A stretch of DNA of 64,000 nucleotides, from positions 111,230,001 to 111,294,000 of the forward strand of contig CM059432.1 in the NCBI GenBank assembly GCA_030390025.1, written 5' to 3'. Of this stretch, positions 12,350 to 23,256 are shown one piece after another (the stretch's first letter is position 1; each line of letters starts with the position of its first letter). The notes under the pieces were generated by a model, which had not been told where the DNA came from, did not search any database, and saw only the letters and a program-made list of their open reading frames with translations. The stretch comes from Squalus acanthias (Eukaryota). Both the position numbers and the translations under genes were made by a program.

Positions 12350-14097
12350 ACCTCACCCTTTGAGGGTGATCTCCATCCCCTGCGCATTTTTACCTTTCCC
12401 ACCCTACTGCTCCTCCGTATTGGGGCCCCAGTGGCTGCAGCAAGGCTGGTGGAAGGCTGCTGAATGTCAGATCCTGAGACTACAGATGCCCTCGAAGGAC
12501 GCCCTCGACCAGCTCTGGGCCTGGAGGCCCCGGCTGCAGACTGCACCAACTCTGCATAGGCAGCAGCAGTCTGGGCTACAGGCGGTGGCAAGTGCAATGA
12601 GGAAGTGACAGTGTTGGGAGCAGGAATGCTGTCATCTGAGAGAGTACAGCACCTTCCTGCTCGAGCGACACACTGGCACTCCCACGGGGCAGTACCTCAG
12701 CATGCGGAGCAATCTGCTCGAGCACAGATTGCTGGCCTGCTGCAGCGCCATGAGAGCCCCGGGGCAATGTGGCCGAACCAGCGATGATGGCAGCAGTCAG
12801 TGCTTGCGTTACATCAATCTGAGTCTGCATGAGAGCAGTCTGAGATTGGATCACAGCAGTCAGTGACTCAATTGCAACACTAAGCCATTGTGTTGCATCG
12901 GCCTGTGCTACAGCGGAGTGCTCCACACTCCTTGCTAGTCCATCAATGCTTTCGGGCACCCTTCCCATTGCACCCATGAGCTCAGTGTGCATGCTCAAGG
13001 CCTGGCTATTCATTTCCACGATAACGCGCTCCTCCTCTGCATCCAGTGCAACAGGACTCGCTGGCCTACTCTCCCTCCGGGGAGATGGCCCCCGAGCTTC
13101 CCGACCCCCATCACGTTACTGCAGCCCACTGGGTCCTGGAGCTTCGTCCTCATCAGACCCCTGCTCCCCTCCAGGGAAGACGTGGTCCCAGTGTGGGCAT
13201 GGGCTCCCTTGGGAGACGCAGGCGCTGAGGCTCCGGCTTCCTCTTCCTCCTCGCCTGTGGCTTCGCTCCTACTGGCAGCTTGAGGGCCTGTCTCCTCAGC
13301 TGGTGAATCACCATCTGAAAGCAGGGAGGTACAAGAGTGGCTTTAGTGTCAGGACAGGGGGGCAGTAAGGGAGCAATGACTGGAGACATTTAGTAAGTTG
13401 AACATTTATTAAAAGGCTGGTGTTGTGAGGGGTAAGTGGAATGAGAGAGCAGAGAAAGCTGATGAACTTACCATTGCTGTCCCCAAGGGGGTCGACCTCT
13501 CCAGCGGCCATGGCACCTATCACCTGGCTGGCAACGATCCTGTGCACGCGTGCCTCCATATCACTGAGGGTGTGCAGCTCAGCCGGCCCTCCACCCGTCC
13601 GTTGCTGCTGGCGCCTATTATGAGATAGCTTGGCCTGCAAGAAAAATTCTGGGTGAATGTGCAGCCATGTGCTTGCCTGATGTGCCTCCCATAGTTGAAT
13701 AGCTCTTAATGTATGCAAAGTGTGCAATGTGCGTGTGTGTGTTTTATGAGATGTCCATAGGTCTTGGATGAGTGTTGGGCATTTGGGGTTTTTAAACCCT
13801 CTGGCCACAGAGTGAGGTTGAGATGGAGGGATGTAGAGGTATTGAAAAGCAGCCACTCACCCTGATGACCCGAGTGAGGTCGTTGAACTTCTTCCGACAT
13901 TGGGTGTGGGTCCTGGGCACTATGCTCCTGGAGGAGACGTAATGAGCCACCTCTCTCCACACTCTTCTATATTCGCGTGGCAATGGCCTCCTGCCACACT
14001 GTGGGTAGAGTACTGCCCTTCAGCGCTCTACTGCGGCAACCAGAGCCACCAAGGCCCAGTCACTGAAGCACTGAGCTCTTTCCCTGGGCCTCTCCAT
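12350..14097 (-). pseudogene. Harbinger Myb/SANT-like gene, 3 exons
   Basis: Exon 1 14097-13861 (MERPRERAQCFSD...QCRKKFNDL, frameshifted, AGG|GTGAGT). Exon 2 13634-13472 (AKLSHNRRQQQRTGGGP, G|GTAAGT). Exon 3 from 13314 (TTTCAG|). Confidence 0.85.
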
Positions 14098-15344
14098 TGT
14101 TCTTTGCTGCAGATTTGATGTATAGGTCTGTCCAGGCCGAGATTCAAGGCTGCAATGAGCAGGATGTGGCTGGAGAGCAACATCGACCCTTCCCTTTAAG
14201 AACTGGCCGGCGCCAGTGTGTCTGTGTTCCATTGCTAACTGACATCACCTGAGCTTCGCCAGCGCTCTGAGGTAGCGCCTCGCTCCTCGGCGTTTGCGCC
14301 TTAAGAGAGGTGTGTAGCACCTGATTTAGCACTCCAATCACCTCCAGGGGCGATAGAGGCCAAGTTTGCAGTCGGAGGCGATAATTAGCACCAGGCGCTA
14401 AACTTTGCACCCGGCCGATAATTGCGCCCCAAATGGGGCGATACCGAATTTCTCCCCCTTAATCTCCTTTGGTAGTGCACTGGTTAACATAATCATGAAA
14501 AATTCTCTCGCACGCTATTTTATTGCAGCAGCTGAACTCAGAATTGGCTTACCAACAAGAAGCAGAAGGTGATGACAAGTGGAAAAAACGTCTGGCTGGA
14601 GGCAATAATTACTGAAGTTCCACAGGGATCTGCTCTGAGTTCCCTGGTGTTCACACTTTCCATAAATGTGGGAAGTTAAATTTTGAAAACTCCATGAGCA
14701 TGGATTGGTAAATTGGATGAGGAGGACAGGGTGTTTGATGTTTAGCACTACTGATTTTACATTAATTAAATTAATTAACTTTCTTCTTCTTACTGCCTGT
14801 CTCCTCCTGGCTGGATCCTTAGGCCTCTTTGCATGGTATAGTTTTGGAGAATACAGCATGCAACAATAATCTTACAGACAATAATTGGATTATACTGTAG
14901 AACACCCACAATCAATCCAAGCAAAGGAATTGTGTGAGGATACCAAATCTGTGTTCTATGATCACTCTGATGGATGGGTGGGCCCCATTTTAGCTTTCCT
15001 TCACTCAACCTTGGGCACCATTCTCGGGTCATGAGTGACAGCTGCAGGCATATCCTTTGTTTCCTTAAATTATTCCTGGGGTCTTGTTGGTCCTACAGAT
15101 TAAGGGTGACACCGTTAACAGTCGCAGGATAAATTAATCTCGGGAGCTACTAGGCAAATATGCATTCATGTGCATGATCCTTATCCTCTGGTCACAGATC
15201 ACCTGTACATTGATTGAATAGTAGCCCTCTCCTGGACTCATATGGCTGCATGAATGTAACTAATGATGCTCCACACTTGTGGGAGTCATACCACACTGTG
15301 GAAGTACAGGGCTCTTTCTTGCTACTAACAGCTTTGCACCAAAA

Positions 15345-15545
15345 AGGTGATAAAAGGGGGTTCGATAGTTCGGGGCCTAGACAGGCATTTCTGCAATGGC
15401 AAGCATGATGCCCGAATGGTTTGTTGCCTCTCTGGTGCCAGGGTAAAGGATATCACCGAGCGGACGCAAGATATTCTGTGAGGGGAAGGAAAATAGCCAG
15501 AAGTCGTGGTCCATGTTGGAACCAATGACATAGGTAGAAAAAGTG
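15345..15545 (+). mobile_element. CR1 ORF1 (SGNH esterase) fragment
   Basis: CCLSGARVKDI and VVHVGTNDIG. Confidence 0.75.
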
Positions 15546-15940
15546 TTTGTGGGTTAAATTGGATAACACTCGAAAACAGGTGCAGAGATTGTGATGCACG
15601 ATTAACCCGCGCCCTTTCACTGCGTTGCAGGCAGCACGTCAAATTGCTGCATGCAGCCAGCGCTCGCCGCGCTGTTCATTGGCTGCACGCATCAGCAGGG
15701 GGCGCGATAACGCGAGTGGCTAGCGCTACTTAATGTCAGCCTGCACCTCTTAAAGGGGAGGTGCATTGTGGCTGCAAGAACTGGTGGGAGTCATTTGAAA
15801 ACTGAATCTGCGCTCTGATACTTAATAGAGAGTGACTGACCATGCTATGACCATAGTAGAGAACATGCAACAAGATTTTCAGACACTGCACGGGGGTGTT
15901 GGTTGAAGAGGTGGAATGGAGGAGAGATGTCCTGTATCCT

Positions 15941-17340
15941 GTATCAGTTGTGGGCAAAATGCTGGAGTCCATCATTAAGGATGAAATAGCCGAGCACTTA
16001 GCAAATGGGGACAGGATAGGACAGAGTCAACATGGATTTACAAAGGGTAAATCGTGCTTGACTAATCTATTGGAATTTTTTGAGGGAGTAACTGGTAAAA
16101 TAGATGGGGGAGAGCCAGTAGATGTGGTGTACCTGGACTTCCAAAAGGCCTTCGATAAGGTCCCACATAAAAGATTAGCATGGAAAATTGAAGCTCATGG
16201 GATAAAGGGGAAAGTATTGACGTGGATAGAGAACTGGCTGTCAGATAGAAAACAGAGAGTTGGAATAAACGGCTCATTTTCTGAATGGCAGGCAGTAACA
16301 AGTGGGGTACCACAGGGATCTGTCCTGGGTCCCCAGCTGTTCACAATTTATATTAATGACCTGGATCAGGGAGTCGAATGCAGCATTTCCAAATTTGCAG
16401 ACGACACTAAACTAGGAGGGGGGGTGGGCTCAGAGGAGGAGACCAGGAAGCTCCAGAGCGATTTGGACAGACTGGGTGATTGGGCGGATAAATGGCAGAT
16501 GCACTATAATGTGGACAAGTGCGAAGTTATCCACCTTGGGTGCAGGAACGGGAGGGCAAATTATTATTTAAATGGCAATAAATTGGGAGAGGGGGAAGTA
16601 CAGAGAGACCTGGGTGTTCTTGTACACCAGTCACTGAAGGCGAGCATGCAGGTGCAACAGGCGGTCAAGAAGGCAAACGGTATGCTGGCCTTCATAGCAA
16701 AAGGGTTGGAATACAGGAACAGGGATACCTTGCTGCAGCTGTACAGGGCACTGGTGAGACCACACCTCGAGTACTGTGTACAGTTTTGGTCGCCTCATCT
16801 GAGGAAAGATGTTCTTGCCATGGAGGGGGTGCAGCGGCGATTCACCAGGCTGATACCAGGAATGGCGGGATTGACCTATGAGGAGAGACTATGTAGTTTA
16901 GGGATGTACACACTGGAGTTTAGAAGATTGAGAGGGGACCTCATAGAAGTGTATAAAATTCTGACAGGTCTAGACAGATTAGATGCAGAAGGAATGTTTC
17001 CCTTGGCGGGTGAGAACAGAACTAGAGGACATAATTTAAGGATAAGGGCTAAACCATTTAGGACAGAAATGAGGGGGAATTTCTTCACTCAGAGAGTGGT
17101 GAACCTGTGGAACTCATTGCCACAGAGGGCAGTGTACGCCAGCTCATTAAATATATTTAAGAGGGAATTAGATATATTTCTACAGGCAAAAGGGGTTAAG
17201 GGTTACGGAGAGAAGGCGGGGACGGGATACTGAATTGAAGGATCAGCCATGATCTCATTAAATGGCGGAGCAGGCTCGAAGGGCCGGATGGCCTACTCCT
17301 GCTCCTATCTTCTATGTATCTATATGTATCTATGTATCTA
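15941..17340 (+). mobile_element. CR1 LINE, 5'-truncated, open RT frame to 17233
   Basis: QHGF, YLDFQKAFDKV, GVPQGSVLGP, FADD, (CTATGTAT)n tail. TGTATCCT repeated at 15933-15940 and 17341-17348. Confidence 0.95.
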
Positions 17341-17704
17341 TGTATCCTCAGGGGGGCAGGAGGCCCTCTAATGCTTGCTCAAGGGAGAGTGGGAAGTCAA
17401 TGCCAGGAGTGTTGCTCCAAGAACATGGATGCAGTGCAGGAAGAAGTTCAAAGATCTCACACGAGTTGTCAAGGTCAGTGAGTTCATCTTCAAATGCCAT
17501 ATCCTACCAACTGCACCACCATCCTCATCCACTGCTCAATTCACCTACCAACTATCTCTATCAATCAGGTCTCAACCCTAACATTCATCAGCCTAGAAAT
17601 TAGATAAGGCCTGAAAACAGGCGTGGGTATCGCGATGTGCAACTACTCCATGCCTTCCGATGCAGGCAGAATGCAAATTCATGCTGCCTGCTAATTTAAA
17701 TGAC

Positions 17705-17923
17705 CATGATGCGGAGATGCCGGTGTTGGACTGGGGTGGACAAAATTGAGAGGTCGCACAACACCAGGTTATAGTCCAACAGTTTTATTTGAAATCACAA
17801 GCTTTCGGAGCTATCGATTGCCCCTTCCTCAGGTGAACGAAGGGGCAATCGATAGCTCCGAAAGCTTGTGATTTCAAATAAAACTGTTGGACTATAACCT
17901 GGTGTTGTGCGACCTCTCAATTT
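17705..17923 (-). mobile_element. Penelope-like element terminal (pLTR) hairpin
   Basis: Perfect 85-bp inverted repeat (17743-17827 / 17839-17923) with a one-sided tail of about 37 nt. AATTTAAATGAC direct repeat on both sides. Confidence 0.75.
17795..17836 (-). ncRNA. Minimal type I hammerhead ribozyme motif
   Basis: UCAC CUGAGGA A GGGGC AAUCGAUA GCUCC GAAA GC UU GUGA. It shows conserved core boxes, stem II, stem I UCAC/GUGA and a palindromic AGCU in place of stem III. Confidence 0.7.
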
Positions 17924-20082
17924 AAATGACAGCAGCTTGCAGCTGAGTGCTAAACGTGCTGTTAAGTGGCTGCACGCCTCAGCAAGGGGCCTAAGTTTGT
18001 GTGAGTCTAGCACCAATTAAAGCTCTCCTGCACTCTTAAACGGGAGGTGCATTCTGGCTGCAGCAAGTACTGGAAGTCGCTGTAGTGAAGTGTGTGACCT
18101 ACTGGTAGAGGGAAGATGGTGCAACAAGGCAGAGAGCGGACTCCCAGATTTTCTGATGCAGCACTCGAGGCCCCAGTGCAGGAGGTGGACAGGAGGCAAG
18201 GAGTCCCCTAGCCACAGGGGCCCAGGAGGCCCTCTAGACACACGCTGAGAAGGGAATGGGAGAAGATAGCCGACGCTGTCAATAAAAGCAGTGTAGCCCC
18301 GAGGACCTGGATGCAGTGGAGGAAGAAGTTTAATGATCTCACACAAGTGGTAAAGGTCAGTGAATTCACCTTCAAATGCCACATCCACCACTAGGCTCAC
18401 ATACTGCTCAATGCAACACACCCCCAACACTCACCTACCAACAATCTCTATCAAACATGACTCATACCTCATATTCATAGCTTCACCTCACCCTCACACA
18501 CTTACCACTGCTGCAAGCCTCACACCCACATCTCACAGCTTGCACACACTGCCAGCTATTCAACCAAGACAGATACATCACCCAAACACATTGCACCACA
18601 CTCATTCATACACTTCCCTTTCTCTTGCAGGACAAGGTGGCTTATAAGCAGGGGCTACCCGCAGGGAGACAGGCGCACCTGCATGACCTAACCCCCATGG
18701 AGGAGATGGTGCTAGAGATAATTGGAGAAGCCATCGCTGAGCCCATGGCCAGCGGCAGGGCTGAAACAATCCAAGATGACGGTATCCTCAAACCTAATCC
18801 TCCTTCTCACATCCCACTTCCCCTCATCCCACAATCTCTTCTGAGTTACAAGCTGCAGATGGTGTAAGCATGCGTCTCTCATTCCCCCCACTCCCCTCAA
18901 CGCAATCCTACCATTGTGCCTTTTCCTTTCAGATAGCCAAGAACTCCAACCTGGCCAGGTAGTGGTGGAGGAGCAGGAAGAGCAATGGCATCCATGGGGA
19001 ACCCTGCTTTCCTGGGGAAGCCGCATGCTTGCTCTGCCTGCTTCTCTCTGGCAAGAGGGAATGAAATGTATTCATCTCGCGTTGCATACAGAGCTTCAGT
19101 GACCTCTCTTATGCAACAGTGCTCGGTGAACTGGGAGATGCTGCAAATATCGCCTGCTCCAGCCTGGAAGGAGCCCAACGCATAAAAATTCATGACCACG
19201 ATCACGTTCACAGCCACTGGCAATGCCGCCCTCGCCCTGCTCTGAGGCTGCAGGTCTGCCTGCAACAGGTGGCAGATTTCAGTGAGCACCTCCTTAGTGA
19301 AGCGGAGATGTTGCACACACTGTTCTCCACTGAGGTTGAGGTTGGAGAATTGCTCCCTGAAGACCGTGAGTGGATATGGCCTCCTGCTGGGAGCCCTTCT
19401 CCCCCTCCTCCCTCTTCGAGCAGCTTGTCCTGCTCTGTGTCGCCTCTGCTCATTCTCCCTGTCATGCTGTAGTCCAAGGGGAATGCCTACTACTGCACCC
19501 ATGTCTAGGAGCAACTGGTCTGAGCAGAAGGCTTGAAGTAACCTGCCACACCACTCCTGGAGACTTTAGCAACTTCAAATAAGATACCAAACCAAGAAAC
19601 ACTTCTACAAACTCACCAAGCGCCTGTAGAAATCAATCAGCAACAAACCTGAAAGCAGGTGATGATCCCTTTAAATAGCGCTGGTGGTGGGTCATTCCTG
19701 CTGCTGAACGCGTGTTCAGCTCTGTATAATGGCTGCAGCATTGAGGTCGAAAATGCATCAAATTAGCATTACTGATGTCACGATCTGCGTACTCTGCATA
19801 GTTCCAGAGCATGCTCCCAGCAGATGTGCTGGTGACCTGACCAAAATGGTATCCGGCACAGCCCACACCAGATGTGTGCGTGTGCGAATGCCATTTTGGG
19901 CAAGAATCGCCCCCATAGCGCTGAAAAAATAGGTGCTACGGAGCCGAATTTCACGGCTATATGCTTTACCTCATACTCACAGACTTAGTACTTTTACAAG
20001 CCTCATACACACATTTCACAGCTCACACACAGTGGCAGCTATTCAATCATGGCACCCACATCACCGAAACATACTGCACAAT

Positions 20083-23000
20083 GGGAACGGTAGCATAGTG
20101 ATAATGTCACTGGGCTAGTAATCCAGAGGCCTGGACTAATGATCCAGAGACGTGAGTTCAAATCCCACCACTGGGGAATTTAAATTCAGTTAATTAAATA
20201 ATCTGGAATAAAAAGCTAGTATCAGTAATGGTAACCATGAAACTATCGGATTGTCGTAAAAACCCATCTGGTTCACTAATGTCCTGTAGGGAAGGAAATC
20301 TGCCGTCCTTACCTAGTCTGGCCTATGTGTGACTCCAGACCCACAGCAATGTGGTTGACTCTTAACTGCCCTCTGAAATGGCCTAGCAAGCCACTCAGTT
20401 GTAACTAACTGCTACAAAACATAAAAATGAAACCAGACGGACCACCTGGCATCGACCTCGGCACCGGCTATGGACACGGCAATGGCACACCCAGCCCAGT
20501 CGACCCTGCAAAATCCTCCTCACCAACATCTGGGGACTTGTGCCAAAATTGGGAGAGCTGTCCCACAGACTAGTCAAACAACAGCCTATCATACTCACAG
20601 AATCATACCTTTCAGCCAATGTCCCAAACTCCTCCATCACTATCCCTGGGTATGTCCTGTCCCACCGGCAGGACAGACCCACCAGGGGTGGTGGCACAGT
20701 GGTATGCAGTCAGGAAGGAGTGGCCCTGGGAGTCCTCAACATTGACTCTGGACCCCATGAAGTCTCATGGCTTCAGGTCAAGCATGGGCAAGGAAACCTC
20801 CTGCTGATTACCACCTACTGCCCTCCCTCAGCTGATGAATCAGTACTCCTCCATGCTAAACACCACTTGGAAGAAGCACTGAGAGGAGCAAAGGTGGACT
20901 TCAATGTCCATCACCAAGAGTGGCTCGGTAGCACCACTGCTGGCCGAGTCCTGAAGGACATAACTGCCAGACTGGGTCTGCAGTGAGGGAAAAACCTACT
21001 TGACCTCGTCCTCATCAATCTACCTGTCGCAGATGCATCTGTCATTGGCAGCAGTGAGCACCGCACAGTCATTATGGAGACGAAGTCCCATCTTCACACT
21101 GAGAACACCCTCCATCGTGTTGTGTGGCACTACCACCGTGCTAAATGGGATAGATTCAAAACTGGGCATCCATGAGGCACTGTGGGGCAGCAGCAGAATT
21201 GTATTCCACCACAATCTGTAACCTCATGGCCCGGCATATCCCTCACTCTACCATTACCACCAACCCTGGTTCAACAACGAGTGTAGAAGAGCAAGCCAGG
21301 AGCAGCACCAAGCGATCCTAAAAATGAGGTGTCAACCTGGGGAAGATGCAACACAGGACTACATGCATGCTAAAAAGCGGAAGCAGCATGCTATAGACAG
21401 GGCTAGGCGGTCCCACAATCAACGGATCAGATCAAAGCTCTGCAGTCCTGCCACATCCAGTCGTGAATGGTGGTGGACTATGAAACTACTAACGGGAGGA
21501 GGAGGTGGCTCCATGAATATCCCCATCCTCAATGATGGTGGAGCCCAGCACATGAGTGCAAAAGACAAGGCTGAAGCGTTTGCAAACAACTATCAGCCAG
21601 AAGTGCCGAGTGGATGATCCATATTGACCCACTCCTGAGGTCCCCACCATCACAGAAGCCAGTCTTCAGCCAATTCGATTCACTCCACGTGATATCAAGA
21701 AACAGCTGAGTGCACTGGATACAGCAAAGGCTATGGGCCCCGACAACATCCCGGCTATCGTGCTGAAGACTTGCGCTCCAGAACTAGCTGCGCCTCTAGC
21801 CAAGCTGTTCCAGTACAGCTACAACACTGGCATCTATCTGACAATGTGGAAAACTGCCCAGGAATGTCCTGTCCACAAAAAGCAGGACATAATCCAATCC
21901 GGCCAATTACCGCCCCATCAGTCTACTCTCAATCATCAGCAAAGCGATGGAAGGTGTCATCGACAGTGCTATCAAGCGGCACTGATGCCCAGTTTGGGTT
22001 CCGCCAGGACCACTCGGCTCCCGACCTCATTACAGCCTTGGTCCAAACATGGACAAAGGAGCTGAATTCCAGAGGTGAGGTGAGAGTGACTGCCCTTGAC
22101 ATCAAGGCAGCATTTGACCGAGTGTGGCATCAAGGAGCTCTAGTTAAACTGAAGTCAATGGGAATCAGGGGGAAACCGTTCCACTGGCTGGAGTCATGAC
22201 TAGCACAAAGGAAGATGGTTGTGGTGGTTGAAAGTCAATCATCACAGCCCCAGGATATCGCTGCAGGAGTTCCTCAGGGCAGTGTCCTAGGCCCAACCAC
22301 CTTCAGCTGCTTCATCAATGACCTTCCCTCCAACATAAGGTCAGAAATGGGGCTGTTCACTGATGACTGCACAGTGTTCAGCGCCATTCGCAACTCCACA
22401 GATAATGAAGCAGTCCATGCTCGCATGCAACAAGACCTGGACGATGTTCAGGCTTGGGCTGATAAGTGGCTGGTAACATTCGCGCCGCAGAAGTGCCATG
22501 CACTGACTATCTCCAACAAGCGAGAGTCTAACCACCTACCCTTGACATTCAATGGCATTACCATCGGCGAATCCCCCACTATCAACATCTTGGGGGTCAC
22601 CATTAACCAGAAACTTAACTGGACCAGCCACATAAATACTGTGGCAACAAGAGCTGGTCAGAGGCTAGGTATTCTGCGGCGAGTGTCTCATCTCCTGACT
22701 CCCCAAAGCCTTTCCACCATCTACAAGGCACAAGTAAGGAATGTGATGAATACTCTCCACTTGCCTGGATGAGTGCAGCTCCAACAACACTCAAGAAGCT
22801 CGACACCATCCAAGACAAAGCAGCCTGCTTGATTGGCACCCCATCCACCACCTTAAACATTCACTCCCTCCACCACCGGCCTACCGTGGCTGCAGTGTGT
22901 ATCATCTACAAGATGCACTGCAGCAACTCGCCAAGGCTTCTTCGGCAGCACCTCCCAAACCCGCGACCTCTTCCACCTAGAAGGACAAGGGCAGCAGGCG

Positions 23001-23256
23001 CATGGGCACACCACCACCTCCAAGTTCCCCTCCAAGTCACACAACATCCTGACTTAGAAGTATATCTCGATTCTTCATCGTCGCTGGGTCAAAATCCTGG
23101 AACTCCCTACCTAACAGCACTGTGGGAGTACCTTCACCACACGGACTGCAGCGGTTCAAGAAGGCGGCTCACCACCACCTTCTCAAGGGCAACTAGGGAT
23201 AGGCAATAAATGCTGGCATTGCCAGTGACGCCCTGATCCCATAAACGAAAATAAAA
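20083..23256 (+). mobile_element. Non-LTR retrotransposon (CR1/Jockey group APE-RT) with tRNA-like 5' head
   Basis: A box 20091-20101, B box 20156-20164. APE (ILLTNIWGL, LTESYL, DR..RGGG, DFNVH) and RT (QFGFR, LDIKAAFDRVWH, GVPQGSVLGP, FTDD), with frameshifts. A-rich 3' end. Confidence 0.88.

Larger units (their letters stand above)
10006..14458 (+). mobile_element. Near full-length PIF/Harbinger transposon with both ends
   Basis: TIRs GGGGGGAAAATTTGG / CCGAATTTCTCCCCC, TTA duplication at 10003-10005 and 14459-14461, convergent transposase and Myb-like genes. Confidence 0.95.
17590..19958 (+). mobile_element. Nested, internally deleted Harbinger (Myb-like 5' part on +, transposase 5' part on -)
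   Basis: TIRs AGCCTAGAAATT / AATTTCACGGCT. Minus ORF 18897-19514 is a transposase N-terminus. Myb exon 2 acceptor at 18630. Confidence 0.8.
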
